64,000 nucleotides of DNA from Eukaryota sp. GEM-RC1 (lineage: Eukaryota), in NCBI GenBank assembly GCA_040285855.1, contig JAUFOQ010000004.1, positions 186,001 to 250,000 on the forward strand. The letters are read 5' to 3'. The notes beneath the pieces are model-generated. The model had not been told where the DNA came from. It saw nothing but the letters and a program-made list of their open reading frames with translations, and searched no databases. Within the stretch, counting starts at the first letter, position 1; each line of letters begins with the position of its first letter. Made by a program: the position numbers and the translations under genes. Of the stretch, positions 1-11,584 are shown piece after piece.

Positions 1-780
1 GAGAAGTATCCCTTCAAAGTGAACCAGTTTTCCCCTCATACATGCCATGGATCCCTTTCTACTACCAATCCAAATGCATGTCCCTTATTCATCTCCAGAA
101 ACCCTGTGGTCCGAACCAAGATTCGAGCAAATTCTTTTTATTTAACTCGAGACATAATGCATGATATGAAGATCCTTTACAATGTTGATGTTCCATATCT
201 TACCGCACACAGGGCGAAGAAATTTTGTATCGACGATATGTTCGGCGGATATGAAGAAAACTTTTCTCTTCTTCCTCTCTATAAATACTACTTTGATCAG
301 ACTGCTCAAGATTCTATTCTTATTTATTCCACTAATAATGAGATTTTTGACAAACTGTTTCTAATGTATGGAGCCAGTAGAAAAGGATTTGAATTTTGCA
401 GCAAAGAGCTGCTCATGTAAACGATGGCAAAGAACGGCTACCCATGTCCTCACGCATTGGCTGTGTTTTTGAAGAAGAAAACGATGCCAACTGAAGGAAT
501 TGAGGACATACATTCTCTTCAGAACTATGCCTGCACATATGTTGGTATTATTCCGATAATGCCTGATAGATCAGAATGGGCAGAAGTGAGAGGATTGGAT
601 TGTGTGATTGCCCCCGATCCAAACAATGCTCCTGGTAGACCACGTAAGAAGAGAGCGGATCGTTTTGCATCGCATCAAGCAAGAAAAAGAAGGTTAAGAA
701 GTCTGACATCGACAATTGGCTAGCTGAGTTTGAGCCAGAGGAGAACCATGACAACTTGATAGAACTCAGAGATTTCCTAA
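1..780 (+). mobile_element. Mutator-like (MULE) transposase relic
   Basis: ORF 424-723 has a SWIM-type zinc-finger remnant (NGYPCPHALAV) and the basic PGRPRKKR tail typical of MuDR transposases. ORF 19-420 looks like a broken upstream part. No DDE core seen. Confidence 0.65.
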
Positions 781-844
781 CCCAAAGAGGATCAAATTCA
801 TATTCTTCTGTCTTCTACAGTAAACAGCTTATATAGTCTGTACT

Positions 845-1642
845 TAGGGTTGTTAAAATGAGCCGAGTCAAGCCTACAATTTGAAGCTTGACTTGACTCA
901 TGAGTCAACCAAGCCTGACTCGAGCTGACTCACGGACAAAGATACAGGCTTGACTCGACTCATGAGTCAAACGAGCCTAACTCGAGCTGACTCATGTTGA
1001 CTACCTTTGACTTGACTTGGCTCATGAGTCAACCAAGCCTGACTCGAGCTTACTCATTTTGAATGCTGTTTTCTATTGTACTTTATAACATAACACAAAT
1101 CCTTCTGTTTTCTACTGATCTGAATTTACTATAGTTATTGCAGTATTGCACATAGTCTAGCCCTTTTCTTTGTTCCAATTTGGTTTGCAGCAGAGAACAA
1201 ACGTTCAATTGCTGCTGAACTTGGCTGAATGCTTAAGTAGTCGTGAACTAAGCTAGGGTAATCTGATTGGTAGCGTTTCCACCAATCTAGGGGATCCACC
1301 GCAGCATCGACTATGCCTATTGATAAGTAAACTCTCAGCTCATCCCGCACATTAACAAGCAAATGAATTTATACAGAGAACAGCTTTTAATTCCATGTAC
1401 AGGTGATTGTAATAGAATACGTTTAAATTGTACTAAATTATATTCATTAGAGCTAACTAGAGTAGATCTTACTCAAAGACAAAAACATATGCTTGACTCG
1501 ACTCATGAGTCAAACGAGCCTGACTTGAGCTGACTCACGGACAAAGATACAGGCTTGACTCGACTCATGAGTCAAACGAGCCTGACTCGAGCTGACTGAC
1601 TCAAAACTCAGTGAGTCAGCTTGACTCAAAATTACAATCCTA
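845..1642 (-). mobile_element. non-autonomous hAT transposon (internal deletion derivative)
   Basis: Perfect 8-bp TSD TCTGTACT (837-844, 1643-1650). TIRs TAGGGTTGT / ACAATCCTA. Subterminal GACTC/GAGTC arrays at both ends. Internal ORF 1135-1362(-) is a hAT dimerisation-domain fragment (DPLDWWK...YLSIQPSSAAIERLFS). Confidence 0.92.
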
Positions 1643-1663
1643 TCTGTACTACTATAATTTGCT

Positions 1664-1792
1664 TTCAATTTTAGGTAAGTTACTCGGTGATGGACAGAAG
1701 AATCATAGTTTAGATACTTTAGTTAGTGTCTGTTAGTTAATAACTTCTGAAACTGCATTTATTTCACTGACTGATCATAAACCCCGTTTTTT
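1664..1792 (+). mobile_element. 3' end fragment of RLE non-LTR retrotransposon (family C)
   Basis: Near-identical to 43512-43639; ends ATAAACCCCG followed by a T-run. Confidence 0.75.
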
Positions 1793-1892
1793 AATTCATA
1801 TTTTGTCTTATAAATTAACGTTTATCTGTCACTACTCCCTAGTCTCCAAAATGTAAGAGAAAAACCATTACTATTAAAATATATTCACATGT

Positions 1893-3605
1893 TTATTTAC
1901 CTAAAGAATCCATTTGATTAACGAACTCACCAGCATTAATAACACCAGTAGCACCAATTAAAACCTGTCCATGTAAAGATAAATCATGAACAACCTTCAA
2001 CTCTGAACCAGTAACTCCACCAACAAAATAAACAATCAACTTTGATGTCTTACGAGTGGTGACGTGAGCAGAATTTACAAAAGGAAAGTTCTCAATATCC
2101 AATCGACCCCCGACCCACTCATCAATAACTTGCCTGAACTTTGGAACAAATCGACAGTACGCATACTTTGAATCATCGACAATATGAGCTTTTTTCTTAA
2201 AAAACTTTCTACTTTTCTTGGCATTATAATGATTGACCATGTCAAAGGACGATAACGCTGCAAAACAACCCTGTTGATCCTTAGGAACCTTTCCAAAATC
2301 ATCAACTAACCGTTGTTTTAATTGGAATTGAACGTCACCTTCTTTCTCTTTAGAAACTAGGTAGAGCAATATCAGTCTTTTAACTAAAATTGGAGGTAGC
2401 TGATGATTCTCTAATAGATCTGTTACTTTAGATAGCAGATTCTCCACTTTCCGTCCTTCTTCGTCCTCTCCAGTTACAATCTCTTGTTCAATATCAACAG
2501 TAAAGTGCATTTTGTCAGCATTGAGCTGATCCAAACACTTCCCAATCAATTCTAAGTGACCAGAAAGACATCTGATTTGTTCCTGATACCCAGGCAGTGT
2601 CGTCATCACCTTCCTCAATTGACCAATGCTCATTGAATCAGAAGAAACACCACCATCTCTTGGTAGAGTGGCAATGATCTCACGTAATCGTTCAGAAACC
2701 TCTGCCACGTGGAGGAACTTAGATGTCTCCCAGAACTCGTCCTTGTCTTCTAAGTAAACAGTACGGTCTTCATTGGAGATCTTGAAGGAGACAAAACTTG
2801 GACATTGGGTTGCTGTTGGCATTAGGTCAAAAAGAACTGATTGGTAAGAGAACTCGTGAATTAAAGGAGCTTCGAGATCAAGACCACGATCAACAATCAG
2901 AAGGGTCACGTCATTGTCGACGTCTGAGGACTTCGGCTTTGGTAGGGAGGAGATAATAGAAGCCAGTTTAGAGGCACATAGAGAGGTGATTCCATTGGAA
3001 GTTTTACGATATCTGATGACTGGACTAAGTTTGAAAGCAGAGAGAAACGTGGCCAGCTCAGACATTGAGGAGTTAATTCCTGGCAGGGAGGGAGTTGAGG
3101 GAAGAAGAAGGGGGAGGGAAGAGTTGGTCAAGGGTTGGTTGTGAGGGAGAGATGAAGACAAAAGGTTCAAAAGCCAGGAATTGGAGTGGTACTTCTTTAA
3201 GGCATTTGAGACGGCGAGAAGTAACAAGATGAGAGTTTTGAGTTGATCAAATAGGAGATCAGGGAGAGGAGCGGAGAAGAAGACGTGAGCAGCGGAATAT
3301 TGAAAAGAACTGGCCTGGAAGTCTTCCATAAGGAGATTCACGTTATTTTGAGTGGGACATATGAAGTATATGGCTTCAAATTCTGGTAATCGTTCTCGCT
3401 GAGAAGAAGGTCGGAAAGACTCCACAAGAGCTACACCTTTCTCCATAATTTCGTATGGAGACACAACTGCATTAGCTACAGAAAGCATTGGTGTATCTAC
3501 AAGAAGCACTTTCCAGGCTGATTTAGTTGACACTGAAGAAACTACATCACCTAGAATACGTTCTCTGACGAAATGGCGAAGGTTTGGCCAAGAAGAATGT
3601 CGCAT
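1893..3605 (-). CDS. SEC1: Sec1/Munc18 (SM) family vesicle-fusion protein; contains a hidden compensating frameshift pair
   Basis: Motifs WKVLLVD, RERLPEFEAIYFICP, LLIVDRGLDLEAPLIHEFSYQ, LIVYFVGGVTGSE. About 3115-3236 reads as Sec1 only in the -1 frame (LKCLKEVPLQFLAFEPFVF). Confidence 0.9.
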   Translation of the reverse strand: MRHSSWPNLRHFVRERILGDVVSSVSTKSAWKVLLVDTPMLSVANAVVSPYEIMEKGVALVESFRPSSQRERLPEFEAIYFICPTQNNVNLLMEDFQASSFQYSAAHVFFSAPLPDLLFDQLKTLILLLLAVSNALKKYHSNSWLLNLLSSSLPHNQPLTNSSLPLLLPSTPSLPGINSSMSELATFLSAFKLSPVIRYRKTSNGITSLCASKLASIISSLPKPKSSDVDNDVTLLIVDRGLDLEAPLIHEFSYQSVLFDLMPTATQCPSFVSFKISNEDRTVYLEDKDEFWETSKFLHVAEVSERLREIIATLPRDGGVSSDSMSIGQLRKVMTTLPGYQEQIRCLSGHLELIGKCLDQLNADKMHFTVDIEQEIVTGEDEEGRKVENLLSKVTDLLENHQLPPILVKRLILLYLVSKEKEGDVQFQLKQRLVDDFGKVPKDQQGCFAALSSFDMVNHYNAKKSRKFFKKKAHIVDDSKYAYCRFVPKFRQVIDEWVGGRLDIENFPFVNSAHVTTRKTSKLIVYFVGGVTGSELKVVHDLSLHGQVLIGATGVINAGEFVNQMDSLGK

Positions 3606-3671
3606 TGAGAGATTGAAGTTTCAGACTTTGAACAGGAGAACATATCGTTGCTACTTCACCCGACTCAAACT

Positions 3672-4526
3672 ATGTTATCTATACCTTCAACCAACAACAT
3701 TGTTCATAAATCATTGTCTGGATGGGCATCATCGGAAAACCCCTTCCCTGTATCTGTATCAGTTCAAGAGTACTACGGCTTTACATATTCTCTTCTTGCT
3801 ACTGTTAAACAACCTCAGTCACTGCTGTTTAATATCGAGGCAGACTGCTTGAAATTGGGCTTTCCCTCTTCTTTTCAGCTAAATCAGTATCTGGCATCTA
3901 CTTTTCCAGATATGGTAATGGAAGCTGATAACAATATAGTCATCGTTATTGATCATAGTAAGCTTCGTGAAAATGAAGATCCTAAATCGTTGATCTCACT
4001 GCTCTCTTCCATACATGTTCTTGTCCTTGGTCTACCCATTGTCCGTGCAATTGAAACCGTGGAGAAGAAGGAAACCGGCAAGTCTTTTCTTAAATTCACC
4101 AGTGATCACATCATGTTTGTTGAATCACATCGAGACTCGATTCTGGTCACATTTGCTCTATCTATTCAAGATAGTAATGATGACGTTCTTGTTCGTCCCT
4201 TCCTACAAGAGCTTGTTGATGCCCGCAAAACGGCTACATACGACTCCTCTCCTCCCGTTTCTTGGTCACTTACTTGTCCGGTTACTTTGGAGGATGACGT
4301 GAAAAACAATGGTCTTAAACCAACACATGGTTTTATTACCTTTGTAATCTTTCCAAAACATTGGGTTGAAACGAAACGATTTAATACTATCTCAACGCTT
4401 GTGTCTTTTAAAAGTTTCTTGTTGCTCCACTTACGGGCAATGAAAGCTGAACAACATGTCCGTTTAAGAAAGCGTTTCTCTTCTTCTTTAGAGTCTCTTA
4501 ACAAGGCAAAACCATCTGTGAAATAG
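3672..4526 (+). CDS. ARPC2: Arp2/3 complex subunit 2 (p34-Arc)
   Basis: DSILVTFAL...DDVLVRPFLQELVDARK...PPVSWS, GFITFVIFPKH, FKSFLLLHLRAMKAEQHVRLRKR and LNKAKP match the ARPC2 family. First ATG at 3672. Confidence 0.88.
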   Translation: MLSIPSTNNIVHKSLSGWASSENPFPVSVSVQEYYGFTYSLLATVKQPQSLLFNIEADCLKLGFPSSFQLNQYLASTFPDMVMEADNNIVIVIDHSKLRENEDPKSLISLLSSIHVLVLGLPIVRAIETVEKKETGKSFLKFTSDHIMFVESHRDSILVTFALSIQDSNDDVLVRPFLQELVDARKTATYDSSPPVSWSLTCPVTLEDDVKNNGLKPTHGFITFVIFPKHWVETKRFNTISTLVSFKSFLLLHLRAMKAEQHVRLRKRFSSSLESLNKAKPSVK

Positions 4527-4768
4527 ATTTGTGAATAAATTATTATCTATAGTGTCGTATATCTATTGAGATCATTACATACATCTCTTTCACTGAAAAT
4601 TGTGCTCTTAAGGGGGGAAAAAAGTGTTATACAGAACGTGTAGTACCTAATAGAGCAGGTGTGTGACATACATGTACATGTTGAGACAAAGGAAGAGTGA
4701 AGATGGATTTGGGATACCCGGGTATTTTCGAGGGGTACCCCCCTCCGATCAAACTTCTGGGAACTCTG

Positions 4769-4998
4769 CTAATATTGTTGTAGACTCCTTATCACAGTAC
4801 ACTGTCTCATCACAACACTAGATGTCAGTACAATTGCGATGCCTATAAATGGGAAGATGGTAGTTCTCACCTTTGAAAGAGCTCCCTTTGCCACTTCTAT
4901 GAGTTGAAAATTCTTCTCATCCTCTACTTCTACTTCGAAGAACGTGGGAGATGTGAAATGGGAGAAACTGACAGCACTGCGTGTGTTGGATAAGTCAT
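4769..4998 (-). CDS. possible small single-pass membrane protein (~76 aa, needs one -1 correction)
   Basis: ATG at 4998. A -1 shift near a C3 run joins an open frame (TSPTFFEVEVEDEKNF...IFPFIGIAIVLTSSVV...QQY*). Divergent from the ZIP gene by 49 bp. Confidence 0.3.
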
Positions 4999-5047
4999 AT
5001 TTGTGACCTAGCCCCTAGAAACACTTCTTCTTCTCTCCTTGATCTAA

Positions 5048-5878
5048 ATGGCTGTTGACTGGGTTGCTCAGCTGTCGGGTTTTGCAATAATCTTAGTACT
5101 AGGGTTTGCTGGTGGTATGTTGCCTGCCAAAGTTTCCAAGTCACAAAAGTCCTCAAAAACTCTTTCTTTCATGAATGCCTTCACTGGTGGTCTTTTCTTT
5201 GCTGTTGGCTTAGAAAGCTTTACTGACGCTGCTGAGGACTTTGGGGAATTGAATTTCTTAGAGTCTATAGGTCTGGGTTCTGTCCCTTGGCACATGTCAT
5301 TTGCATTGTTAGCTGTCATCATCATTATGGCAGCGGAGTTTGGTTTTGTTGATGTTCACGGGGATGATCTCTTAATCCAATACGAAAATGACACATCTGA
5401 TCCGTCCCACAGTCATGGAACTTCTCCCTACCTATTGGTTGTGTTATTATCTATTCATTCTCTGTTGGAAGGAGCTGCAGTTGGTTCAGCAAGTGGACGT
5501 TCTTTTTATGTCATACTCATTGCGATATGTGCTCATAAGTTCTTTGCGGCACTTGCTTTAGGTACTTCAATTACACGTGGAGGAATACCATTTGGTAAAC
5601 ACTTCATTTTGGTTGCCATATTTGCTCTCAGTACGCCTTTAGGACAGTTTATTGGTATTTCCTTCTCTTCTTTCTTGAAAGCTCGTGCTGCTGCAGTTTC
5701 TAGTGCCATATTTGCTTCACTAGCTACTGGTACATTTGCTTGGGTTGCACTATGCGAAATCCTACATCCTGAGATGGAAATGGGAACTATTTCTGACAAG
5801 AGGAAAAAAGTTTTACTCGCATTCCTTGGAATGTTATCGATTATCATAGTTACTGCTATTATGGAGGAACATGATTAG
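5048..5878 (+). CDS. ZIP (SLC39) zinc/iron transporter
   Basis: Multiple TM helices, His-containing loop (HSHG), LSIHSLLEGAAVG and AICAHKFFAALALG motifs. Confidence 0.93.
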   Translation: MAVDWVAQLSGFAIILVLGFAGGMLPAKVSKSQKSSKTLSFMNAFTGGLFFAVGLESFTDAAEDFGELNFLESIGLGSVPWHMSFALLAVIIIMAAEFGFVDVHGDDLLIQYENDTSDPSHSHGTSPYLLVVLLSIHSLLEGAAVGSASGRSFYVILIAICAHKFFAALALGTSITRGGIPFGKHFILVAIFALSTPLGQFIGISFSSFLKARAAAVSSAIFASLATGTFAWVALCEILHPEMEMGTISDKRKKVLLAFLGMLSIIIVTAIMEEHD

Positions 5879-6139
5879 TAAGTCAGAACATGTTATTAAA
5901 GAATAAATAGATATTAGATATACTGTACTAGTGTTGTCTATCAACAGCGTCCCAAGCAGATGACCCTTCTGCTCCATCGATATCTTGAACACATAATGAT
6001 GTGGCAAAAACATAACTTCCTTTCAAAAACAATAACATTTGGTATCATCTTTGTCTCCTGAAATGTGGGAATCTTTGTTCCCTGCTCACTTATAGGAGAC
6101 TCCTTTAAAAAATATTTCATCTTTGCCGTCTGCTGCATG

Positions 6140-7100
6140 TAAACTGTAAAATAAATTGACAAGGAGTTTGAACTCTTGGACTTTATTAATCGTATTAGCT
6201 TGGCTAAAACTAATAGTCCCGAGTTCGCTGCTTTTATTATTGACCTTTGTAATAGTGGACCTTCTGGATTTATTTCTCAAATTCCTAAGGTGTTTGGATT
6301 ACATCTATCTGATGAAGCTTGGATGATCAATATGCGTCTTCGTTTGGCTATTTGGCCTGCAAATTTATTAAACTATTCAACTTGCTCTTGTGGAGCTAAT
6401 GATGTTTTTCGTCATTTAATTAATTGTCGTTATTTTATTCATCTACGTGCAGTAATTCATGATGGTGTACGTGATTCTTGTTATTCCATGTTTAAAGCAC
6501 ATGGTTTTCACTCTAAAGTTGAACCAGTTTTAATCACCTTTCTGAAAATGAATTTTCAGATCAAAAAGAAGCGATCTTCATACCCCGTGGCTTAAATCGA
6601 GTCAGTCAATAATGGATTTTACTACAGTAGATGTTTGTAACAAATCTTGTGTTAGTAGGATATTAGATTCATCTTTTAATCCGTTAACAGCTGCTGAAAA
6701 GCTCCAACATTCCAAGTATAACTCTCAAGTAGAAGAATTAAATCGAAACTCATATTCCAAATTTGGGATTCAACCTTTTTCTGTTTCTCTTTTTGGATCT
6801 ATTAGTCCTGCTGGTGATCAATTTTTCCAGGATTTCGAAGAACTGTGTGAAGAAAAGAAGCATGTTTAGAATGGCTGAATGGAAAAACCGTATAGTGTTT
6901 TCCATATATCGGAATATGCATTTCTATTTTTCTCGATTAATTGAAAAATTGTACAAGTTTGGTGTGAAGGTTAATGTTGAAAAACGTAATCTTTTACCGG
7001 GTGGTGTTGAATTCATTGGGATTTAATCTTAGTAATATTTTTTTGTTTTTTCAATTTCGTAGTTTTGTAGGAAGGTTTACCGAATAAAGTTATAGTCAAA
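6140..7100 (+). mobile_element. 5'-truncated RLE (CRE-like) non-LTR retrotransposon, family D
   Basis: Frameshifted ORFs 6176-6595, 6612-6869 and 6763-7026 give CxC..H..C zinc knuckle, IHDGVRD, KVEP, DFTTVD, AEK..SKY and PFSVSLFGSI, the C-terminal restriction-like endonuclease region. Ends AATAAA...CAAAA. Confidence 0.8.
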
Positions 7101-8059
7101 ACAATAACACTGTCTTGTCGAAATATACGATATGTATGTATGTTTACTGCCATAGCTGGTGTAAATCCAATCAACAACATCTAGTTTTGGCGTATATTGA
7201 TGATTTCCCCAACAATAAAAGAAGCGATTATATATAGTACTTGATATTTTGAATCTAGACTTAAATTCAACTAGGACATCTATGGGTAATTTATGTGAAA
7301 GAATATAGTAATTGAATCATAAGTCCGGAAACAATTGAAAATCACAAGCGTTTTCTACACGCAAACATGACAATTTGGCACGATAAGCCTCCATATAAAA
7401 GTCATAGTCATATAGGAATGATACTAATAACAGGGAATTGGGGACTTCTCGAACTTGAATTGATTTCAAACAAACATCTCAAAAACACCCCAAAAAACAC
7501 ATCAAAGACACCGTGTGGACACGCGTGTTAACACCGACACTGCTGTAGATATCTACAGGTTAACATTAAACTGAAGTCAACGAAGAATCCATTGCTTTTT
7601 TCCTTTGCATAAGGAATGACGCGTCAAGATTGGTTGCTGATGGGTTGGGTGGGTGGCTAGTTGTTTCAAGCTATCAATGTATGATATCAATTGTACTAAC
7701 TGTAGGCAAGCAGAGGCTGATACGGGAACCTCACGCTGAAAAGGGGAAACCCCCAAGTGAGATCTTGCCGAATCATCCATTATGTTTATGTTGTATGCGA
7801 GGAGTAGAAGGAAGTAGCTTTATATAGCTGTTTAGGATGGATAGAAACATCCACTTTTTGAGTTATCATAAGTCCGGTTAGAAATTTTATGGACGAACTA
7901 CTGAGCAGGAGTGTGTATCGATAAAATCTCATTGTTCGATAACGATATATCTATCTATCGATAACTTATTGACCCGACAATTCTGAAAGATATATTTATC
8001 GACTGTCTCCAACAATATTCCCAAACAAAAAAAAATATGCGATAAATAAAGATGATTTT

Positions 8060-8480
8060 TTGAAGACAAAATACAAATAAAGTAAGAGTTTATTTGCAAC
8101 AACAAATTAATACATACTAATTCAGAAAATGAAAGAAGTTAAATTCTCCACATCAACACGAGAATTGTCCCTATACAACTTCGAATAAATGGAACATAAA
8201 TATTTGGGAATGCTTCTATAAAGAGCGAACATAATTCGATTAATCCATACAGCGCTATTAAACACCTTGCCATTAGAACGACATAAAAGACTAAAATCAC
8301 TGAAAAACATTAAACCGGCTGGACCAATATTACCAAAAATTGAAGTGGCAAATGGAACAAATGAAAACTTAGAATATAGATTTTCATTAAGCTTCTGCAA
8401 AGCATCCGCATAATTTGAACACTTTCGCTGTTCAGCCTTTTCCAGATGACCATTCGAACAAGACAAATTAGAACATTTTT
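8060..8480 (-). mobile_element. RLE retrotransposon 3' fragment, family A
   Basis: HLEKAEQRK..Y...FVPFATSIFGNIG...WINRIMFALYRS; 3' part near-identical to 27810-27965. Confidence 0.8.
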
Positions 8481-9015
8481 CTGGTTTCAGTGAGTGATTT
8501 CTCTGAAAAACGATTGTTTCAGTTCCGTCACTTTCACTGGTCACGTATCGAATTTAGTCTCACTGAAACTAATTTGTAGTGAGAGTAATTGCTAATTTTT
8601 TCACACTTGTACCAGTCTCACTAAATACATACATCTATGACATCAAATTTTTGAAAAACCTTCTCTCTAATAAACTAGTAAGTTACCAATCTCTTTAACA
8701 AATAAACTCTGCCCTTGATACATCTGTGTTTCTTCACGATTTTTTAAAGATCAACGGTCAACTTATATCAATGCCAAACTTTTCAGTTGGTTCTTTAGTT
8801 GATCTTATCAGTATAAAAGTTCTTCTAACAGTAAAAGTTCATTCAATCAAATGTATTTTTGTTGCTTCTTTCTAGTTAAAAACAACCAAAGTAGTACAAA
8901 TTTAGGAGATCAAAATTGAAACTTTCATATCGGAATTAGTCTCACTGAGACTATTTTCTAATGAGACTAATTAAAACAATCGGTGTATTCAAAAATGTAG
9001 TGAGGACTAATTAAT
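8480..9015. repeat. cluster of TTAGTCTCACTGAGACTAA palindromic motifs, probable DNA-transposon relic
   Basis: Motif copies near 8554 and 8936-8972; another copy at 15774. Confidence 0.45.
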
Positions 9016-9258
9016 GATGTTGGCGATATTGTGTGCTGCTGCATAATTCCATCATGATAGAACCGATCGGCTTAGAACCGATCGAAATTGCAAAAAGTTC
9101 TTGCAACTAACAACATGGCGAAATGTGGCTGTAGATCGGTTATCGCAAACACAAATTGAATTATTTAGCAAACCACTTGGCAATAGACCTAATCGAAGAC
9201 GCATATTTTGCTTCCAAGCATCATCGTTCATTGAAATTTCTGAGTTTACAACCCTACC

Positions 9259-10443
9259 ATGGGACTTAGCCTATCTCTTCCTGCAGATTCCTCTGAATCT
9301 CTGTCTAAAACTCGTCCCAGTCACGAGCTGATCCGTGCTGAACGTGTCTACTTGTATGGTACCGGTGTGTCTGGTAGAAAACGCTCAGTTCCTGAACTTG
9401 TTGAACATCTTCAATCTCAATACATCTCCGTTGCTGATGTCAGTTGTTCCGTTGATTTCGTCATATTTCTCTCTTCTTCTGGAAATGTTTATGCTCATGG
9501 ACGTAACGATAATCACCAACTCGGTGTCGATACCAATGAAGAATCCCCCAGTATAGTTCGTGTTCCCATATCTGAACCCATTAAGTCAATGTCTACTGGT
9601 CTCTTCCATTCCGTCGTCATTACTGATTCTGGTGAAGTTTGGACATGGGGAATGAACAACAAAGGTCAGTGTGGTGTAGGCCAATGCTCTCCATGGGTTC
9701 CACCTACAAAGATCAACATTGGAAATCGAAAAGCTGTTCACTGTGCTTGTGGAATCAATGTCTCCATCGTTCTTACAGATCGAGGGGAACTCCTTGCCTT
9801 TGGAGATAATAAACGTGGGCAATGTGGTCTTCTCTCTCTTAATGCTGTTTATCCCAAACCTACCATGGTTCCTCTCAATCTTGAGCCCAAAGAACGTGTT
9901 GTACACGTGGCATGCAGTGATGCCACTGCTTTATTCTGCACTACTTTTGGTAGAGTCTTTGGTTTTGGACGTAACAATAAGTCTCAACTTCCAGGAGTAG
10001 AAGCTACTGAAGCACCACCCACCCATCTATCTTGCTTTGACCGTATCCGTGTCGCTGCTGTCTCTGTTGGCTGGAACTGCGCTGCTATCATTATAGACTG
10101 TGGTAGTGTAAGGTGTTGGCACTGGGCAGGTGATGACGATGCAGAATACGATGAGGCTTGGGCTACTCCTAGTTCAATTATTGGGGAGGATTCAGTTCAC
10201 CAGTATTCTGCTGTAATGGTGGGAGCCATGGCTAGTAGTTTTATAGTAATTACAGATGAAAACGAGCTACTAGAAATATCTATTGCAAGGACAGAGCCAG
10301 TAAAGAAGTTGAAGGTTGGGGAGAATGATAAGCTACAGAAGGTGAGGACTGGACCAGCAATGGTTTATGTTCTGTGTAGGTCGAAAATAGAAGAAGATAT
10401 GCCAAGATTAGGTTGTTTTTCAAAAGTTAACTACCTTTGTTAA
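9259..10443 (+). CDS. RCC1/BLIP-II repeat protein
   Basis: Repeated units such as VYAHGRNDNHQLG, STGLFHSVVITDSGEVWTWGMNNKGQCG and FGDNKRGQCG. Confidence 0.9.
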   Translation: MGLSLSLPADSSESLSKTRPSHELIRAERVYLYGTGVSGRKRSVPELVEHLQSQYISVADVSCSVDFVIFLSSSGNVYAHGRNDNHQLGVDTNEESPSIVRVPISEPIKSMSTGLFHSVVITDSGEVWTWGMNNKGQCGVGQCSPWVPPTKINIGNRKAVHCACGINVSIVLTDRGELLAFGDNKRGQCGLLSLNAVYPKPTMVPLNLEPKERVVHVACSDATALFCTTFGRVFGFGRNNKSQLPGVEATEAPPTHLSCFDRIRVAAVSVGWNCAAIIIDCGSVRCWHWAGDDDAEYDEAWATPSSIIGEDSVHQYSAVMVGAMASSFIVITDENELLEISIARTEPVKKLKVGENDKLQKVRTGPAMVYVLCRSKIEEDMPRLGCFSKVNYLC

Positions 10444-10460
10444 TTTGAATGACTTTACAG

Positions 10461-11046
10461 CAGTGTTCGAAGACACGCATGGACACGGACACGGTGTCTT
10501 TTCAAAAACACGTGTAATACGTGTTTTTGAAAACGTGTCTATATAAACAGTCTTGTAAAAAACGTTCAAAAGGAGCAGTTCAACTTTTTGAACTTTTCAC
10601 TATTTTCTCACTTCCTGTTCATCAACGAAATCTTTCAAAGTTCGATCATTGCAGCTATGTTCTTTTGAGATTAGAAGGAGAAACCGATGGATATGAAGTA
10701 CAGTGTTCATCTAAAGAGGATCAAGTGAACACGACGGGAAGATAACAATGTGTGTGCAAAAAAAACACTGTTCGAGTGTACCTGAAGGTCGTTTTACTCA
10801 GATACAGAACCAAAGAGCATATACTGTACCAGTAATAGTGTCACCAACAATTACTCTTGTCTTGTTTCAGTCTTGTTTGTTCAGAAACTACATACCTGAA
10901 ATGACACCTGTCAAATTATGACAAAAGTGGAGTAGAAAGTCGTGCTTTTTGTGTCAATCCAGAATATATAAAACGTTGACAATAATAAAAAACGTCCATT
11001 TTTTCAAAAATACGTTTCACACGTTTTTTATCAAGTGACAAGCCTG
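10461..11046. mobile_element. degenerate DNA-transposon relic
   Basis: Starts CAGTGTTCG with ACACG/CGTGT arrays. Segment 10741-10823 is an inverted, diverged copy of 15537-15620. No TSD found. Confidence 0.4.
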
Positions 11047-11584
11047 TATATAAGTGACGTATATCGCCATGCAAAAAACCTGGAGAACTTTGGAAGGACC
11101 CTTATATAATACTGATGACTTGAATGCCTTTACGTACGTTATGCCACAATAGACTACAATGTCAGCAAAAAGTGACAAAAATACTGACTCAATGCGCTAT
11201 CAATCACCAATTCAACTCATCAGAACCAAGGAATCCAAGATCCGGTGATGAAATGTCAGAAAAGGGCAAGAATTGCTCAAAACAATGTTTATGTATTCAA
11301 ACTGTGCACGAGTGACAAATCAAATTTTGGGGTCCTGTTCAGAGAAAAAATTAATTTAATTACAATTAATTAATTCTAGCCGCTTGGAATTACACTTAAT
11401 TAATTGTTACACTTAAGAATTAACATTAATTAATGAGAAATCATTAGAATTAATTGTAATTTTCTTTGTTAGCCCTATTATGTCATCTTTCCAAATATTC
11501 AACAAGAAGGCATTGTTTATCTGTCGAACCATCATCAGCTAGTGTATATGAGAACCTTACAAATACTAGTACCTAGTTTGAAAG

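Noticed and set aside
860..1630. GACTC/GAGTC arrays as a CRISPR array
   Set aside because: No unique spacers, eukaryotic context, and the arrays are bounded by hAT TIRs and a TSD.
4630..4660. GTGTAGTA as the U2 branch-pairing sequence
   Set aside because: Neighbouring U2 stems and conserved flanks are absent.
7680..7705. ATTGTACT as a U1A-binding loop of a U1 snRNA
   Set aside because: No flanking stem, 5' splice-site-pairing end or Sm site in the right arrangement.
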